A stretch of DNA of 64,000 nt, from contig OZ244052.1 in NCBI GenBank assembly GCA_965215125.1, forward strand, positions 1,088,001 to 1,152,000, read 5' to 3'. The DNA comes from an uncultured candidatus Porisulfidus sp. Its GTDB lineage: Bacteria; Pseudomonadota; Gammaproteobacteria; Poriferisulfidales; Oxydemutatoraceae. Numbering within the stretch: the first letter of the stretch is position 1; every line of letters begins with the position of its first letter. This document shows positions 32,481-42,790 of this stretch, one piece after another. The notes below the pieces were generated by a model that was given only the letters and a program-made list of their open reading frames with translations, searched no databases and was not told the origin of the DNA. Made by a program: the position numbers and the translations under genes.

Positions 32481-33455
32481 ATGATTAACAAAAATAGCAC
32501 CGTTTATGTTGCCGGGCATACCGGCATGGTGGGTTCGGCAATTGTCAGAGCATTGGAAACACAAGGCTTTAAGCAACCGATTACCATCCCGCACAAACAA
32601 CTGGATCTGTGCGATTCCTCGGCGGTGCGTCAATTCTTTCAATCAAACCCACTCGATTGTATCGTCGTTGCGGCAGCCCGTGTGGGTGGAATTTATGCAA
32701 ACAATACCTATCCTGCCGAGTTTATACATCAGAACCTGATGATCGAGATAAATCTTATTCACGAAGCGTGGCAAGCCGGCATACAGAACCTGATCTTTCT
32801 GGGAAGTTCGTGCATCTACCCACGCCAGGCCGAACAACCGATGTCGGAGGCGGCATTGCTGTCGGGGCATCTGGAAGCGACTAACGAGCCTTATGCGGTT
32901 GCAAAAATCACCGGCATTAAACTATGCGAATCGTACAATCGGCAATACGGAACCGATTATCGCTCTCTGATGCCTCCTAATTTATACGGTCCGGGTGATA
33001 ATTTTCACCTAAAAAACAGCCATGTCTTGGCAGCGTTGGTGCGCCGCTTTCACGAGGCGGCAGCAAACGACTCGGATAAAATTGAGATTTGGGGAACCGG
33101 CAAGGTGAAGCGTGAATTCTTGCACGTTGATGATTTAGCCTCTGCATGTCTGTATATTATGCAAGTAAACAAAGCAAGCTATGACAAGCATATCTCTCCT
33201 CAACAATCGCACATCAATATTGGTTCGGGTGAGGAAATTACGATTGCCGATTGCGCCGCTTTAATTGCACAGATAGTCGGCTTCGAGGGCGAGATTGTCT
33301 ACGACACCTCAAAACCGGACGGCACACCGCGCAAGCTGATGGATGTTTCTTTGATACACCGCTTAGGCTGGCACCATAGTATCAGTCTTGCCGAAGGGTT
33401 GCCGTCGTTTTACCGGTGGTTTTTGGACCATCGCGAGCATTTTCGCGGCGAATAA
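32481..33455 (+). CDS. fcl: GDP-L-fucose synthase
   Basis: [39 protein letters not shown]; ATG start chosen at 32481. Confidence 0.96.
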   Translation: MINKNSTVYVAGHTGMVGSAIVRALETQGFKQPITIPHKQLDLCDSSAVRQFFQSNPLDCIVVAAARVGGIYANNTYPAEFIHQNLMIEINLIHEAWQAGIQNLIFLGSSCIYPRQAEQPMSEAALLSGHLEATNEPYAVAKITGIKLCESYNRQYGTDYRSLMPPNLYGPGDNFHLKNSHVLAALVRRFHEAAANDSDKIEIWGTGKVKREFLHVDDLASACLYIMQVNKASYDKHISPQQSHINIGSGEEITIADCAALIAQIVGFEGEIVYDTSKPDGTPRKLMDVSLIHRLGWHHSISLAEGLPSFYRWFLDHREHFRGE

Positions 33456-33687
33456 GCTCACTTCTGAACAAACTCAACCGCCACGCGCCACATAATTATG
33501 CAATCCATATGAGGGGCAGACTGATATGTCTGCCCGTAACGCGTTGCGCCTGCACAATTTATACATTCATCCATTTTATCCATGGAAACCATAATTGGAT
33601 GGCGCAAAGCGATTGGATTTGTGCTAGTACTAATTAAGGGCGGACAGATATATTAAACCGCAGCTTATTTGATATAAGATAAACGCT

Positions 33688-33880
33688 TAGGTAGATGCAG
33701 TGCCTAGGAAGTCGGAGGAGACACGCTGCAGGACGGACAAGGCATTAAAGCCTGGTTGCATGAAAAGCACTCCTCCGGCGTTATGACTATAGAGCTCGAA
33801 AGGCATCTTGGGACTTTAGATCTCGTATTTATCTGTTTGAGCGGCGTAGTCATACTTTCCTAGACTTTGCTTGCTACCTA
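33688..33880 (+). ncRNA. Bridge RNA of IS110
   Basis: Nested stems enclose two internal loops whose segments match the target (GGACGGACA, GCATG) and the donor (AAGGCATC, TATCTG). Confidence 0.8.
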
Positions 33881-33920
33881 TTATTTCATTAACTCAACAA
33901 CCCATATGGAGAACATTATT

Positions 33921-34906
33921 ATGGAAAACAAACAACCCGTCACAATTGGCGTTGATGTCTCTAAAGAGACTTTAGAAACAGCTCTATTATTCACCGATAA
34001 TAGTTTTGCCGAGCAGCAATTCAGTAATGATGCCAAAGGCATTAAACAACTGTTATCTTGGGCTACCAGCATGGTGCGCAACAGTGTCGCCTCTGCGTTG
34101 AGGCAACCGGCGGTTTTGAGCTAGACCTGTGCATGGAAAGCTATGACCAACATCCCATCACGATTGTGCCACCTGTACAGGTCGCGAGCTACCGCAAAAC
34201 GCTGGGTATGCGTAATAAAACCGATGGCGTTGATGCGCAACTCATCGCACGCTTCGCATTTGCAGTCGGTGATATTCAAGACTGGGAACAGCCTACCGAA
34301 GCAGTATTCGCCTTGAGAGATACACTGAAATGGCGCCGGCAATTAACCAAGTCCCATACGCAGTTAAGCAACTGTGCAAAGACGCTGCGCAGTATGCAGC
34401 TCAAAAAGAAGGCAGCTGCAGAACTCGCTCACCTCCAGAAGCAAATCCATGAGTGTGACGCCTTACTTTACGAAATCATCGCTGAAGACGAACAACTCAC
34501 ACAGCAGTATCAATTGCTCTGCTCTATTACTGGAATCGGAACTCAAACCGCAGCCACCCTATGTGCAGCTTTTGATGATAATACGTTTCAACACCCAAAG
34601 CAACTTGCCGCCTATATCGGCATCACTCCGATGCGCAAGCAATCCGGCAACTACGAGGCGAAGGCGCACATCTCTAAAATTGGCGATGCACACCTGCGCA
34701 CCGCACTATTTATGGCGGCACTCTCGGCTTGGGTTCATAACCCAATCGTCCGTGCGTTCGCCGACCAGTTAAGCCGGCGGCGTCCGGAGTTAACTAAAAA
34801 GCAGGTTATTGTTGCTTGCGCCCATAAACTGACGCGTATCATTTACGGAATACTCAAGCACAAGAAACCGTTTGACCCGAATTATTGTTGCGTATCTGCG
34901 TCCTAA
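33921..34906 (+). pseudogene. IS110 DEDD recombinase with one frameshift near 34065
   Basis: GVDVSK in one frame; VEATG, KTDGVDA, KQSG and ACAHKL in another. Confidence 0.85.
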
Positions 34907-35037
34907 ATTGATACTCAGAAGAGGAGATAGAAAAAGATAAAAAACGAATAAAATAACTTGACTTTTAATAAGGCATCATGCCAATCCGCCCCTACGGTGC
35001 ATAAAATACTTTTTCAACAGCCCCAAAGGGAATATAC

Positions 35038-35940
35038 TCAAATCAATAAACCGACATAGCGATCAACGAGCAAGGCCGTGAACAGCAACATGATGTAGAC
35101 GATGGAAAATCCGAATGTTTCCATCGCTTTATTCGGGGTGCGATTTATCCTCAAAACCAAGCCATAATATATAAACACCCCATTCAGCAGTGTTGCCGAG
35201 AATAAATACACCGGTCCCGACAAACCGGTCACATAGGGAAGCATCGTAACCAGTGTCAACAGAATGATATAGAGCAGTATCTGCAGGCGGGTAAAATCTT
35301 CACCGTGCGTGACCGGTAGCATCGGTACCCCGGCTGCGGCGTATTCTTTTTTTCTGCACATCGCAAGTGCCCAAAAATGCGGTGGTGTCCAAACAAAAAC
35401 GATTAGAAATAATAAAAATGCGCCGAAGTCCAACTGCCCGGTGGCAGCCGTCCAACCAAGCATCGGTGGTGTCGCACCGGCAGCACCGCCGATAACGATG
35501 TTTTGCGGCGTTGCGTATTTTAAGAAGCGCGTATAGACGACCGCATAGCCGACCAGCGAGAGCAGGGTTAATGCTGCGGTGAGTATGTTGACCCAAAGTA
35601 CCAATATCAATGTGCCCACGGTGCCGATTACCCCGGCAAAAGTCAATACTTCGCGTGCCGATAGTGCGCCGCTGGGTAGCGGACGATTTCGGGTACGCTG
35701 CATCAGTGCGTCTATTCTATGATCGGCAACATGATTGATGGCGGCAGCGGCGGCGGACACCAACGCAATGCCGGTCATCGCCGCAAGCATCGTATTAAAC
35801 GACAAGGTCAAGGGTGCGGCAATCAACATGCCGACCAACGCAGTGAACAGCATTACCGCAACCACCTTGGGTTTGCATACCTCAAAATAATTTCCGACAC
35901 GAAGCCGTGTTGCATCGATTTGTAGTGTGGAAAAAGTCAT
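35038..35940 (-). CDS. cyoE: Heme O synthase (protoheme IX farnesyltransferase)
   Basis: KPKVV, DALMQRTRNRPL, QNIVIGG, WTPPHFWAL. Confidence 0.95.
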   Translation of the reverse strand: MTFSTLQIDATRLRVGNYFEVCKPKVVAVMLFTALVGMLIAAPLTLSFNTMLAAMTGIALVSAAAAAINHVADHRIDALMQRTRNRPLPSGALSAREVLTFAGVIGTVGTLILVLWVNILTAALTLLSLVGYAVVYTRFLKYATPQNIVIGGAAGATPPMLGWTAATGQLDFGAFLLFLIVFVWTPPHFWALAMCRKKEYAAAGVPMLPVTHGEDFTRLQILLYIILLTLVTMLPYVTGLSGPVYLFSATLLNGVFIYYGLVLRINRTPNKAMETFGFSIVYIMLLFTALLVDRYVGLLI

Positions 35941-35958
35941 CGTATCTTAGCTTTTGGA

Positions 35959-36939
35959 CTATGATTTTAGCACGCGCAACAAGAGCAATAACGATAAAAG
36001 CAACAGTGCGGCGACCGCATTATGCAAGACCGCAACAGCCAACGGCAAAGAAAATACGATATTTGAAATGCCCAGCACTATTTGAACAACCAGCAGGGCT
36101 GCAATGCCGAGTGCAACCCGCCGCACCAGTACCGAGCCTTGAGCGAACAGTTTTGCCAAAAAAACTACAAAGAACACCGCTACAATCAATGCACCCAAGC
36201 GGTGAGAAAAATGTATTGCGGTGCGTTGCGGGCTATCCAATACACCGTATTCATAGTTTTGTTCGTCAACCAAAAACCGAAACGCCCCGCGATAATCGGC
36301 ATCGGGTACCCACAAACCCTGACACAACGGAAAATCGATACAGGCGAGTGCCGCATAATTGGAACTTGTCCAGCCGCCGAGCGTAATTTGCATAAGCAAC
36401 AAAACTAACGCAACTAAGGTGATTTTATAAAAGGTTTTATTGGGAACGGTTGCCTGTTTCGGCTCAAACCATCGGTCTAGGTACAGCCACCACAATAATG
36501 AAAGCACCGCAAAGCCTCCCAGTAAATGGGCAACAACGACGAGCGGTTGCAATAACAGCGTGACCGTCCACATGCCTAACAATGCTTGAAAGGTAACCAA
36601 GCCGAGCAGAAACAGCATCAAACCTCGGCGCTGCTTGGCTGTGATAAATGCCAACGCGGTTAGCATTAGGATGATTAAACCCAGCCCGCCGGCAAAGTAG
36701 CGATGCACCATTTCAATCCATGCCTTATCAACCTCGACACGCCAACCGGGGTAAGCCTGTTCGGCTTTTTCTATCTCGGCAGGTTGTTCGGGAACCCCCA
36801 GCAACTGTCCGTAGCACCCCGGCCAATCGGGACAACCCAATCCGGCATCGCTAAGGCGCGTATACGCCCCCAACACGATAACCACCATCGTCAGCACCAA
36901 TGCGATGCCGACACCTTTTAAGAAATAAGATGTATTCAT
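35959..36939 (-). CDS. ctaA: Heme A synthase (COX15/CtaA)
   Basis: GLGCPDWPGC, EMVHR, HLLGG, HRLGA. Confidence 0.93.
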   Translation of the reverse strand: MNTSYFLKGVGIALVLTMVVIVLGAYTRLSDAGLGCPDWPGCYGQLLGVPEQPAEIEKAEQAYPGWRVEVDKAWIEMVHRYFAGGLGLIILMLTALAFITAKQRRGLMLFLLGLVTFQALLGMWTVTLLLQPLVVVAHLLGGFAVLSLLWWLYLDRWFEPKQATVPNKTFYKITLVALVLLLMQITLGGWTSSNYAALACIDFPLCQGLWVPDADYRGAFRFLVDEQNYEYGVLDSPQRTAIHFSHRLGALIVAVFFVVFLAKLFAQGSVLVRRVALGIAALLVVQIVLGISNIVFSLPLAVAVLHNAVAALLLLSLLLLLRVLKS

Positions 36940-37535
36940 TAACCGATTTTGGAGGCTTTCAGTAGACGCTTAAAATCCTTGATGATGTCTCGCGAATAAG
37001 CATCGGGTAGGTAGAACATGACTAAATTGCCAAAGGGATCTGCAATATAAACTTGGTTTTGCCGAAATTGCGGTGCTTGTGCGCGCACATCTGCGGTATC
37101 TTCTATCCGATACACCGAAAGTGCCGGATATTGAAGCAATAATCGGTTTAACTCGGCATCGGGTTGCTGTGCATCGGCAAGCAAATAGACGGTGCGCACG
37201 CGGGCGGCATCGCGCCCTAGAACCAATCTCGCCTGGCGCATCTTGAACAAACTCGCTTGACAATGAAGATCACACGCTCGGGTGCCGTGAAACACTAGTA
37301 ACCAACGACCGTCGAGCAACGGTGCGCCTTTTGCATCGGTTGTTTGATCGTCCTTTATTAAATCAAAATTTTCGGAATCAAGCACCTGTCCGGATGACAA
37401 CAACTGACCGCGCTCGGTAGAACCGAATTCAAACCAATCTTGCCCGAAATAAAGCACCGACGCAATCAATAAAGGGCCGGCGAATGCCGAAAATATGCCG
37501 ATTAACTTCAGCCGTGATAATCGCTTATTGTTCAT
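36939..37535 (-). CDS. Conserved cox-cluster membrane-anchored protein (thioredoxin/SCO-like fold)
   Basis: N-terminal TM, CDLHC, ADPFGNLVM, DFKRLLKASKIG; conserved position in the cluster. Confidence 0.75.
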   Translation of the reverse strand: MNNKRLSRLKLIGIFSAFAGPLLIASVLYFGQDWFEFGSTERGQLLSSGQVLDSENFDLIKDDQTTDAKGAPLLDGRWLLVFHGTRACDLHCQASLFKMRQARLVLGRDAARVRTVYLLADAQQPDAELNRLLLQYPALSVYRIEDTADVRAQAPQFRQNQVYIADPFGNLVMFYLPDAYSRDIIKDFKRLLKASKIG

Positions 37536-38253
37536 CGCTACGTTTGATGTTGAGCACCAACAGCAAAATCATCGGCACCGCCGCCAGTGCAAACCATTGC
37601 ACCGCATAAGCCAAATGCTTGTCGGCGGACATGGCAATGAGCGACCATTCTCTTTTATAACCACCCGTTTGTTGTGGAGACAGGCGCACAACCATAGGCA
37701 AAAGCGGGGTTCCCAGCAAATCACCGAGTGCCTTGAAATCTAGATATTGAACGATGCGCGGCCAACCAACCTCGCCGATTGTCGCACCACCGAGCGCAAA
37801 CGGTTCTCCGAACGGCACATAGATCGTGCCGATTATCGTCTCGGGGTCGGTGGTCAGGCGAACATCGGGCAAGTCCTCACGCCGAGCACCCATAGCAACC
37901 CAGCCTCGGTCGACCAACACCGTGTTGCCGTCTTCCAACGCCATCGGTGTCAATACATTGAAGCCGACCCGTCCGCCCGAGATCTGGTTGTCCAACAGAA
38001 ACTGCCGCTCGGCAAGTAATCGCCCGTCGAGCTGTACCTGACGATAACGCCATTCTTCCAAATCGGCAGTTGCCGGAGGCAGTTTATCGATCGCAGGCGC
38101 GGCTTGCCTTTGCTGATACTGCGCAATAATCTCCTCCTTTTGATGCATGCGATCAATCTGCCACCGTCCCAAACCGGCAAAAAGTGCGGACAGAAATATA
38201 GCCGATAATAGTACCAAAAGCGGTGGAGAAAACTGATAATGACCTAATTTCAT
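37525..38253 (-). CDS. SURF1-family cytochrome oxidase assembly protein
   Basis: LGRWQIDR, LLDNQ, VDRGWV, HLAYAVQWF. Confidence 0.93.
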   Translation of the reverse strand: MKLGHYQFSPPLLVLLSAIFLSALFAGLGRWQIDRMHQKEEIIAQYQQRQAAPAIDKLPPATADLEEWRYRQVQLDGRLLAERQFLLDNQISGGRVGFNVLTPMALEDGNTVLVDRGWVAMGARREDLPDVRLTTDPETIIGTIYVPFGEPFALGGATIGEVGWPRIVQYLDFKALGDLLGTPLLPMVVRLSPQQTGGYKREWSLIAMSADKHLAYAVQWFALAAVPMILLLVLNIKRSDEQ

Positions 38254-38301
38254 GACGAGATAGTATAATATGTGTATAGTAATTACTATATTTGACGCGT
38301 T

Positions 38302-38514
38302 ATGTGGGTAAAAATAATTCTTTTATTCTTGTTTGTAGGAATCGTCGTAAGCCTAGGTGCGGCACTCTTTTCCATGATGAGAGACAAGGGGCAAGGTAAA
38401 AAAACCGTCAATGCCTTAACTGCGCGGGTGATATTGTCTATCATTGTGTTTTTCTTACTGGTACTGAGCTATGGAATGGGTTGGATACAACCCCACGGCA
38501 TTGTGCCGATGTGA
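38302..38514 (+). CDS. Twin-transmembrane-helix small protein of cox clusters
   Basis: 70 aa with two TMs, ALTARV, GWIQPHG; divergent from SURF1. Confidence 0.85.
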   Translation: MWVKIILLFLFVGIVVSLGAALFSMMRDKGQGKKTVNALTARVILSIIVFFLLVLSYGMGWIQPHGIVPM

Positions 38515-38598
38515 GTGTGCGGTTAATTTACCGCACGACATCACCCGAGGCTGCCGAAGAATAGCACCGCAATCTAACCGACATGCGTAGGGATGGAC

Positions 38599-38820
38599 CA
38601 TTCCCCTCCTGTGGAGGGGTGGCAGGCGCAGCCTGACGGGGTGGTTGTGTCGTATCTGCACGCGTGTAGTATCGGTACATTCCCCTCCTGTGGAGGGGTG
38701 GCAGGCGTAGCCTGACGGGGTGGTCGCAGCGTATTCTGCACGCGTGTAGTATCGGTACATTCCCCTCCTTCGGAGGGGTGGCAGGCGTAGCCTGACGGGG
38801 TGGTTGTGTCGTATCTGCAC
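38599..38820 (+). repeat. Tandem array of three family A REP-like units (79-80 bp period)
   Basis: Units start at 38599, 38678 and 38758; the linkers are identical rather than unique. Confidence 0.92.
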
Positions 38821-39722
38821 TATTGTGTACATTCATCCATTTGATCTATGGAAGCCATACATCTGTCCTTACAAATTTTTATATATTCTTTGTCCGTTTC
38901 ATAGCCAATGAAAAATCGGTTGCTTCTGCCGGCAGCGATCGCCGTGGTGCCACTACCGATAAACGGATCCAAGACAACATCTTTTTTATATGTGAACAAC
39001 TGTATGAAGCGATAAGGAAGTTCTACGGGAAAGGGGGCTGGATGCCGTACTTTCCTTGCGCTTTCGGCATTGAAGTGCCAAACGCTTTTGGTATATTCAA
39101 GGAATTGTTCTTTGGTTATCGTCGGTATCTTTGTAACTTGCGGCGGTTTCGGTCTGTTAAAAGAATTTTTACAAAAGACAAGTATATACTCGTGGGTATC
39201 GCGCAATACCGGGTTGGATGGCGACTGCCAGCTACCCCAAGCACACGAAGTCCCGGCCGATGACTGCTTATCCCAGATGATCTCTCCGCGCATCAGAAAA
39301 CCGGTACTGAGCATCTCCGAAGTAATATATGCACTCAACGGGATATAGGGTTTTCTACCCACATTTGCGATATTGATGCACGCCCTGCCGCCGTCAACCA
39401 ATACGCGATAAACTTCTTGCCATACACGGCGCAACATTTCCAGATATTCACCGGTCGTTAAATCGTCGTCGTACTCCTTGCCGACATTGTAAGGGGGTGA
39501 AGTGACCATCAGGTGGATGCTGTTGTCGGGCAATTCACTCATATTCTCACTTGACTTGTGATAGATCTTGTCTCTCTCTGTGCGTTTAATTATTCGCTCC
39601 TTAGCAGGCAGTTTGCCGTTTTCCAACGGTGTGTGTCCAAGATATTTTCTGCTGTTGTAAAAGGCCGAGGCATCGTGCCCGATGCGGCTGCCTACACCAA
39701 ATTTACTGGTTTTTGTTCTCAT
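38820..39722 (-). CDS. Site-specific amino-DNA methyltransferase (beta class, likely m4C)
   Basis: TSPPY precedes HPAPFP and DPFIGSGTT. Confidence 0.92.
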   Translation of the reverse strand: MRTKTSKFGVGSRIGHDASAFYNSRKYLGHTPLENGKLPAKERIIKRTERDKIYHKSSENMSELPDNSIHLMVTSPPYNVGKEYDDDLTTGEYLEMLRRVWQEVYRVLVDGGRACINIANVGRKPYIPLSAYITSEMLSTGFLMRGEIIWDKQSSAGTSCAWGSWQSPSNPVLRDTHEYILVFCKNSFNRPKPPQVTKIPTITKEQFLEYTKSVWHFNAESARKVRHPAPFPVELPYRFIQLFTYKKDVVLDPFIGSGTTAIAAGRSNRFFIGYETDKEYIKICKDRCMASIDQMDECTQ

Positions 39723-39908
39723 CGTATTAATATACCAATTTTGGGAACTCTATATTTAACTTCCATGTTTTCGTGTGATCTTTTAGCATGTCATTGAGAA
39801 TTATATACTATTCTGTACGGAGTTTTATGATATGTTATTATTCCCACATGGGAAGTTTTGAATATGAAAAAAGCGTCGCAAAAATCTTAATCTATTTGAT
39901 TCGCAGAA

Positions 39909-40733
39909 GTGAAAAATAAAAAATTTATCGACAAAATAGCTCTCGGAGACTCGATGAAGCTATTAAAAGAACTAGACGCAAACTCTGTTGATTTAATTAT
40001 TACATCACCACCTTACTTCGGGTGTCGGGAATATGGCAACGAGACTATCGGCAGAGAGGATAACCCTTTAATTTATGTAGATACCTTCTTAAAATTTACT
40101 CCTTTGATAAGGCAAGTACTCTCTCCCACCGGCTCTTTTTATCTAAATATCGGCGACATTTACTTCGGTACAAAAGGCTTTTCTAGGAATACCGGTAAGT
40201 ATATGCGCGCCACCGATACCCACTATAAGGAACATAAAATTTGTAAGCAAGACGGCAAGGTTCTGCAATATAAACAGCTACTTATGCTTCCGTCTCGGGT
40301 GGCGATAGGGATGCAAGAGCAAGGATGGTTACTTCGTAATGATATCATTTGGCACAAACCCAATGCGATTCCTTCTTTCTCAAAAGACAGACGCTTACCT
40401 CGCTATGAGCATATTTTCCATTTTGTGAAAAGCCCGAAGTATTTTTTTGATTATGAAAGCGCAAAAGCAATGGACTTTCATCGTGATATTTTTAATCAGA
40501 ATGTCAAGCCGTTCAAAGAGCATAAAGCGTCATTCCCCGTTGAAATGATCGAAAGATTGATACTCACAACTTCTCAAAAAGGAGATGTTGTATTAGACCC
40601 ATTTATGGGAAGTGGTACTACGGCAGTGGCTGCTGCAAAACATGATCGGCGTTATATCGGGTTTGAAATCAATCCCGAATATGTTGCCCTCTCGCGAAAA
40701 AGGACTAAGCAATGGGTTGGGCTGAAAATTTAA
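39909..40733 (+). CDS. Second beta-class amino-DNA methyltransferase
   Basis: TSPPY, IIWHKPN, HKASFP, DPFMGSGTT. Confidence 0.92.
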   Translation: MKNKKFIDKIALGDSMKLLKELDANSVDLIITSPPYFGCREYGNETIGREDNPLIYVDTFLKFTPLIRQVLSPTGSFYLNIGDIYFGTKGFSRNTGKYMRATDTHYKEHKICKQDGKVLQYKQLLMLPSRVAIGMQEQGWLLRNDIIWHKPNAIPSFSKDRRLPRYEHIFHFVKSPKYFFDYESAKAMDFHRDIFNQNVKPFKEHKASFPVEMIERLILTTSQKGDVVLDPFMGSGTTAVAAAKHDRRYIGFEINPEYVALSRKRTKQWVGLKI

Positions 40734-41170
40734 CCAATATTGAAGTTGGAATATTTCGAACGATGAACGGCAATGCCAATGAGTTAATCGGCGTTGGGCG
40801 TATTATTAAGGCAGGTTTTCCCTGTTCACGAGTGGATGTTACCAATGCTAAATATGATGCGGTGGTTGATTTAGGCGGTCAAAAGAAACTATTGCGGATA
40901 CAGATAAAAGGCATTCGCAAGGGAGGCACATTTAGTTTCATGGGAGGATTTCGCAGCGGCAAACAATTTGATAAGGATATGGAGAAAAGAGATTATAAGT
41001 ACACCATTGACGATTGTGATATATTGGTTGGCGTAGATAGCGATAATGGCGACTGCTATATTATTCCTGTACACGATGTCTCTGATTGGGGTAAAGCAAA
41101 ATCAGTTAGCCTTCTTGATTCTTATAGAGAGAACTGGGATGTTTTTTTAGATATCGCAAAAGAAAAATGA
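40712..41170 (+). CDS. Small PD-(D/E)XK-superfamily nuclease, putative restriction enzyme
   Basis: GNANE..YDAVVD..RIQIK pattern; overlaps the end of the methyltransferase gene. Confidence 0.7.
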   Translation: MGWAENLTNIEVGIFRTMNGNANELIGVGRIIKAGFPCSRVDVTNAKYDAVVDLGGQKKLLRIQIKGIRKGGTFSFMGGFRSGKQFDKDMEKRDYKYTIDDCDILVGVDSDNGDCYIIPVHDVSDWGKAKSVSLLDSYRENWDVFLDIAKEK

Positions 41171-41235
41171 ACCTAAAAATCCATAAAAAACCAGTAGTAT
41201 AGTAAGAATAAAAACGAACTTTTGCCGTTTTGTCG

Positions 41236-42105
41236 CTAAACCCAATAAACAAAAACAAATAGTCCCAGCCAAACCACATCGACGAAGTGCCAATACCATG
41301 CGGCAGCCTCAAAAGCAAAATGCTTTCGCGGTGTGAAATGTCCGGAAATACTGCGGATCAATATGACCAACAAGATGATCGCGCCTAAGGTGACATGCAA
41401 GCCATGAAAGCCGGTTAGCATAAAGAAAGTGGAACCATAAATACCCGACTTCAGGGTTAGGTTCAAATCGTTATACGCATGTATATATTCGTATGCCTGA
41501 AAGCCGACAAAAAGGAAGCCCAACGCAACGGTCAAGAATAAACCCCAAATCAGTACTTTGCGGTTGTCCGATTTTAAGCCGTGATGCGCCCAGGTGACCG
41601 TCGCACCGCTGGTTAGCAAGATCAGGGTGTTCAATGCCGGAATTCCCCACGCCCCTATAGTCTGAAACCCACCACCGATACTCGCCGGTCCGTTCGCCGC
41701 CATCGGCCATAGTGCTTCAAATGCCGGCCACAGATAAAAGTTGGTCGCAGCCCCGGTAGCCTCGCCGCCCAACCACGGTAGCGAGAACATCCGCGCATAG
41801 AACAGGGCACCGAAAAAAGCTGCGAAAAACATCACCTCGGAGAAAATAAACCATGTCATTCCCCAGCGAAACGAGATATCTACCTGATCGTTATAGGTGC
41901 CCGATTCGCTTTCTTTTATCACCGTGCCGAACCAACCGAACAACATGATTAAAAGCATCGCCGCCCCCAACCCCATCAGCGGCAACCCGATAGAACTCTC
42001 GTTGAGAAGTGCCGATGTGCCGATGAAAAGGCTCGCCAAAGCAACCGACCCGACAATCGGCCAGTGGCTACCGTGTGGAATATAATACGCTGTTTGTGTG
42101 CTCAT
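41236..42105 (-). CDS. coxC: Cytochrome c oxidase subunit III
   Basis: FIFSEVMFF, LTGFHGLHV, AWYWHFVDVVW. Confidence 0.97.
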   Translation of the reverse strand: MSTQTAYYIPHGSHWPIVGSVALASLFIGTSALLNESSIGLPLMGLGAAMLLIMLFGWFGTVIKESESGTYNDQVDISFRWGMTWFIFSEVMFFAAFFGALFYARMFSLPWLGGEATGAATNFYLWPAFEALWPMAANGPASIGGGFQTIGAWGIPALNTLILLTSGATVTWAHHGLKSDNRKVLIWGLFLTVALGFLFVGFQAYEYIHAYNDLNLTLKSGIYGSTFFMLTGFHGLHVTLGAIILLVILIRSISGHFTPRKHFAFEAAAWYWHFVDVVWLGLFVFVYWV

Positions 42106-42126
42106 AAGTGTCTCCCTGTTTTCTGC

Positions 42127-42690
42127 TTAGGTGTTTGTCTTTGGGTCCTTGGGGCGCGCCGCCTGCTTGCTTACATCAAAAAATGTATAAGAAAGTGAAA
42201 TTGTCGCCAAGTGTTTAGGCAAATCGGGTGCGATTACAAAACGCACCTCCATATCACGCGTCTCTCCGGCACGCAGTGTCTGCTTATCAAAGCAAAAACA
42301 TTCTATTTTCTTAAAATACGATGCTGCCGCAACCGGTGAAATACTCGGCACAGCTTGACCGATCATGTCGGTTGCGCTTAAGTTTTTAACCTTGTAATAG
42401 GTGCTATAGGCTTTGCCCGGATGCGCCACGAGCTTGCTGACATTCGGTTCAAATTGCCAATTCATCGATTGATTTCTATTGGCAACAAACTCAATCGTGA
42501 CCTCACGCGAGGCATCGACTGCCATCGGTTTTATCTCTGCCAGCTCGGTGCGCCCAACCTTTCCGTTCAGCCCGGTCAACTCGCAAAAAACATCGTATAG
42601 CGGCACCATCAGATAACCGAAACCGAACATCGCAACGGCAACCATTGCGAGCTTCCAGCCGACAACACTATTTTTAGTTTTCTGCTTCAT
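42127..42690 (-). CDS. ctaG: Cytochrome c oxidase assembly protein CtaG/Cox11
   Basis: VPLYDVFC..TG and ECFCF motifs. Confidence 0.95.
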   Translation of the reverse strand: MKQKTKNSVVGWKLAMVAVAMFGFGYLMVPLYDVFCELTGLNGKVGRTELAEIKPMAVDASREVTIEFVANRNQSMNWQFEPNVSKLVAHPGKAYSTYYKVKNLSATDMIGQAVPSISPVAAASYFKKIECFCFDKQTLRAGETRDMEVRFVIAPDLPKHLATISLSYTFFDVSKQAARPKDPKTNT

Positions 42691-42790
42691 CTATCTAGAC
42701 GCCACGATGAATGAAAAGCCGATATAAATGGCTACTGCTATCAATGCAAAGGTAATTGCGGTTGGTTTGATATTCGCTCGCTTGCTTCAT
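42691..42790 (-). pseudogene. Diverged tandem copy of the 32-aa small protein with a +1 frameshift after the ATG
   Basis: ATG(A)AGCAAGCGAGCG..; removing one A gives MSKRANIKPTAITFALIAVAIYIGFSFIVASR. Confidence 0.65.

Larger units (their letters stand above)
33645..34978 (+). mobile_element. IS110-family element inserted in a REP hairpin
   Basis: No terminal IRs; CA core at 33645-33646 and 34977-34978; the empty site GGGCGGACATGCCAATCCGCCCCTAC re-forms a hairpin. Confidence 0.88.
33510..35024. repeat. MITE-related repeat (relative of 3069-3353) split by IS110
   Basis: CTGCACAATTTATACATTCATCC..TTAAGGGCGGACA aligns with the MITE interior; ends in ATACTTTTTCAACAGCCCC (35006-35024). Confidence 0.7.

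Noticed and set aside
38599-38820. Possible CRISPR array
   Set aside because: The inter-repeat segments are identical rather than unique spacers, the units are about 80 bp, a solo copy occurs at 3104, and no cas genes are present.
38455-38836. ORFs of 102 and 125 aa with repeated peptides (also ORFs within 2950-3265)
   Set aside because: They are translations of the REP-like repeats.
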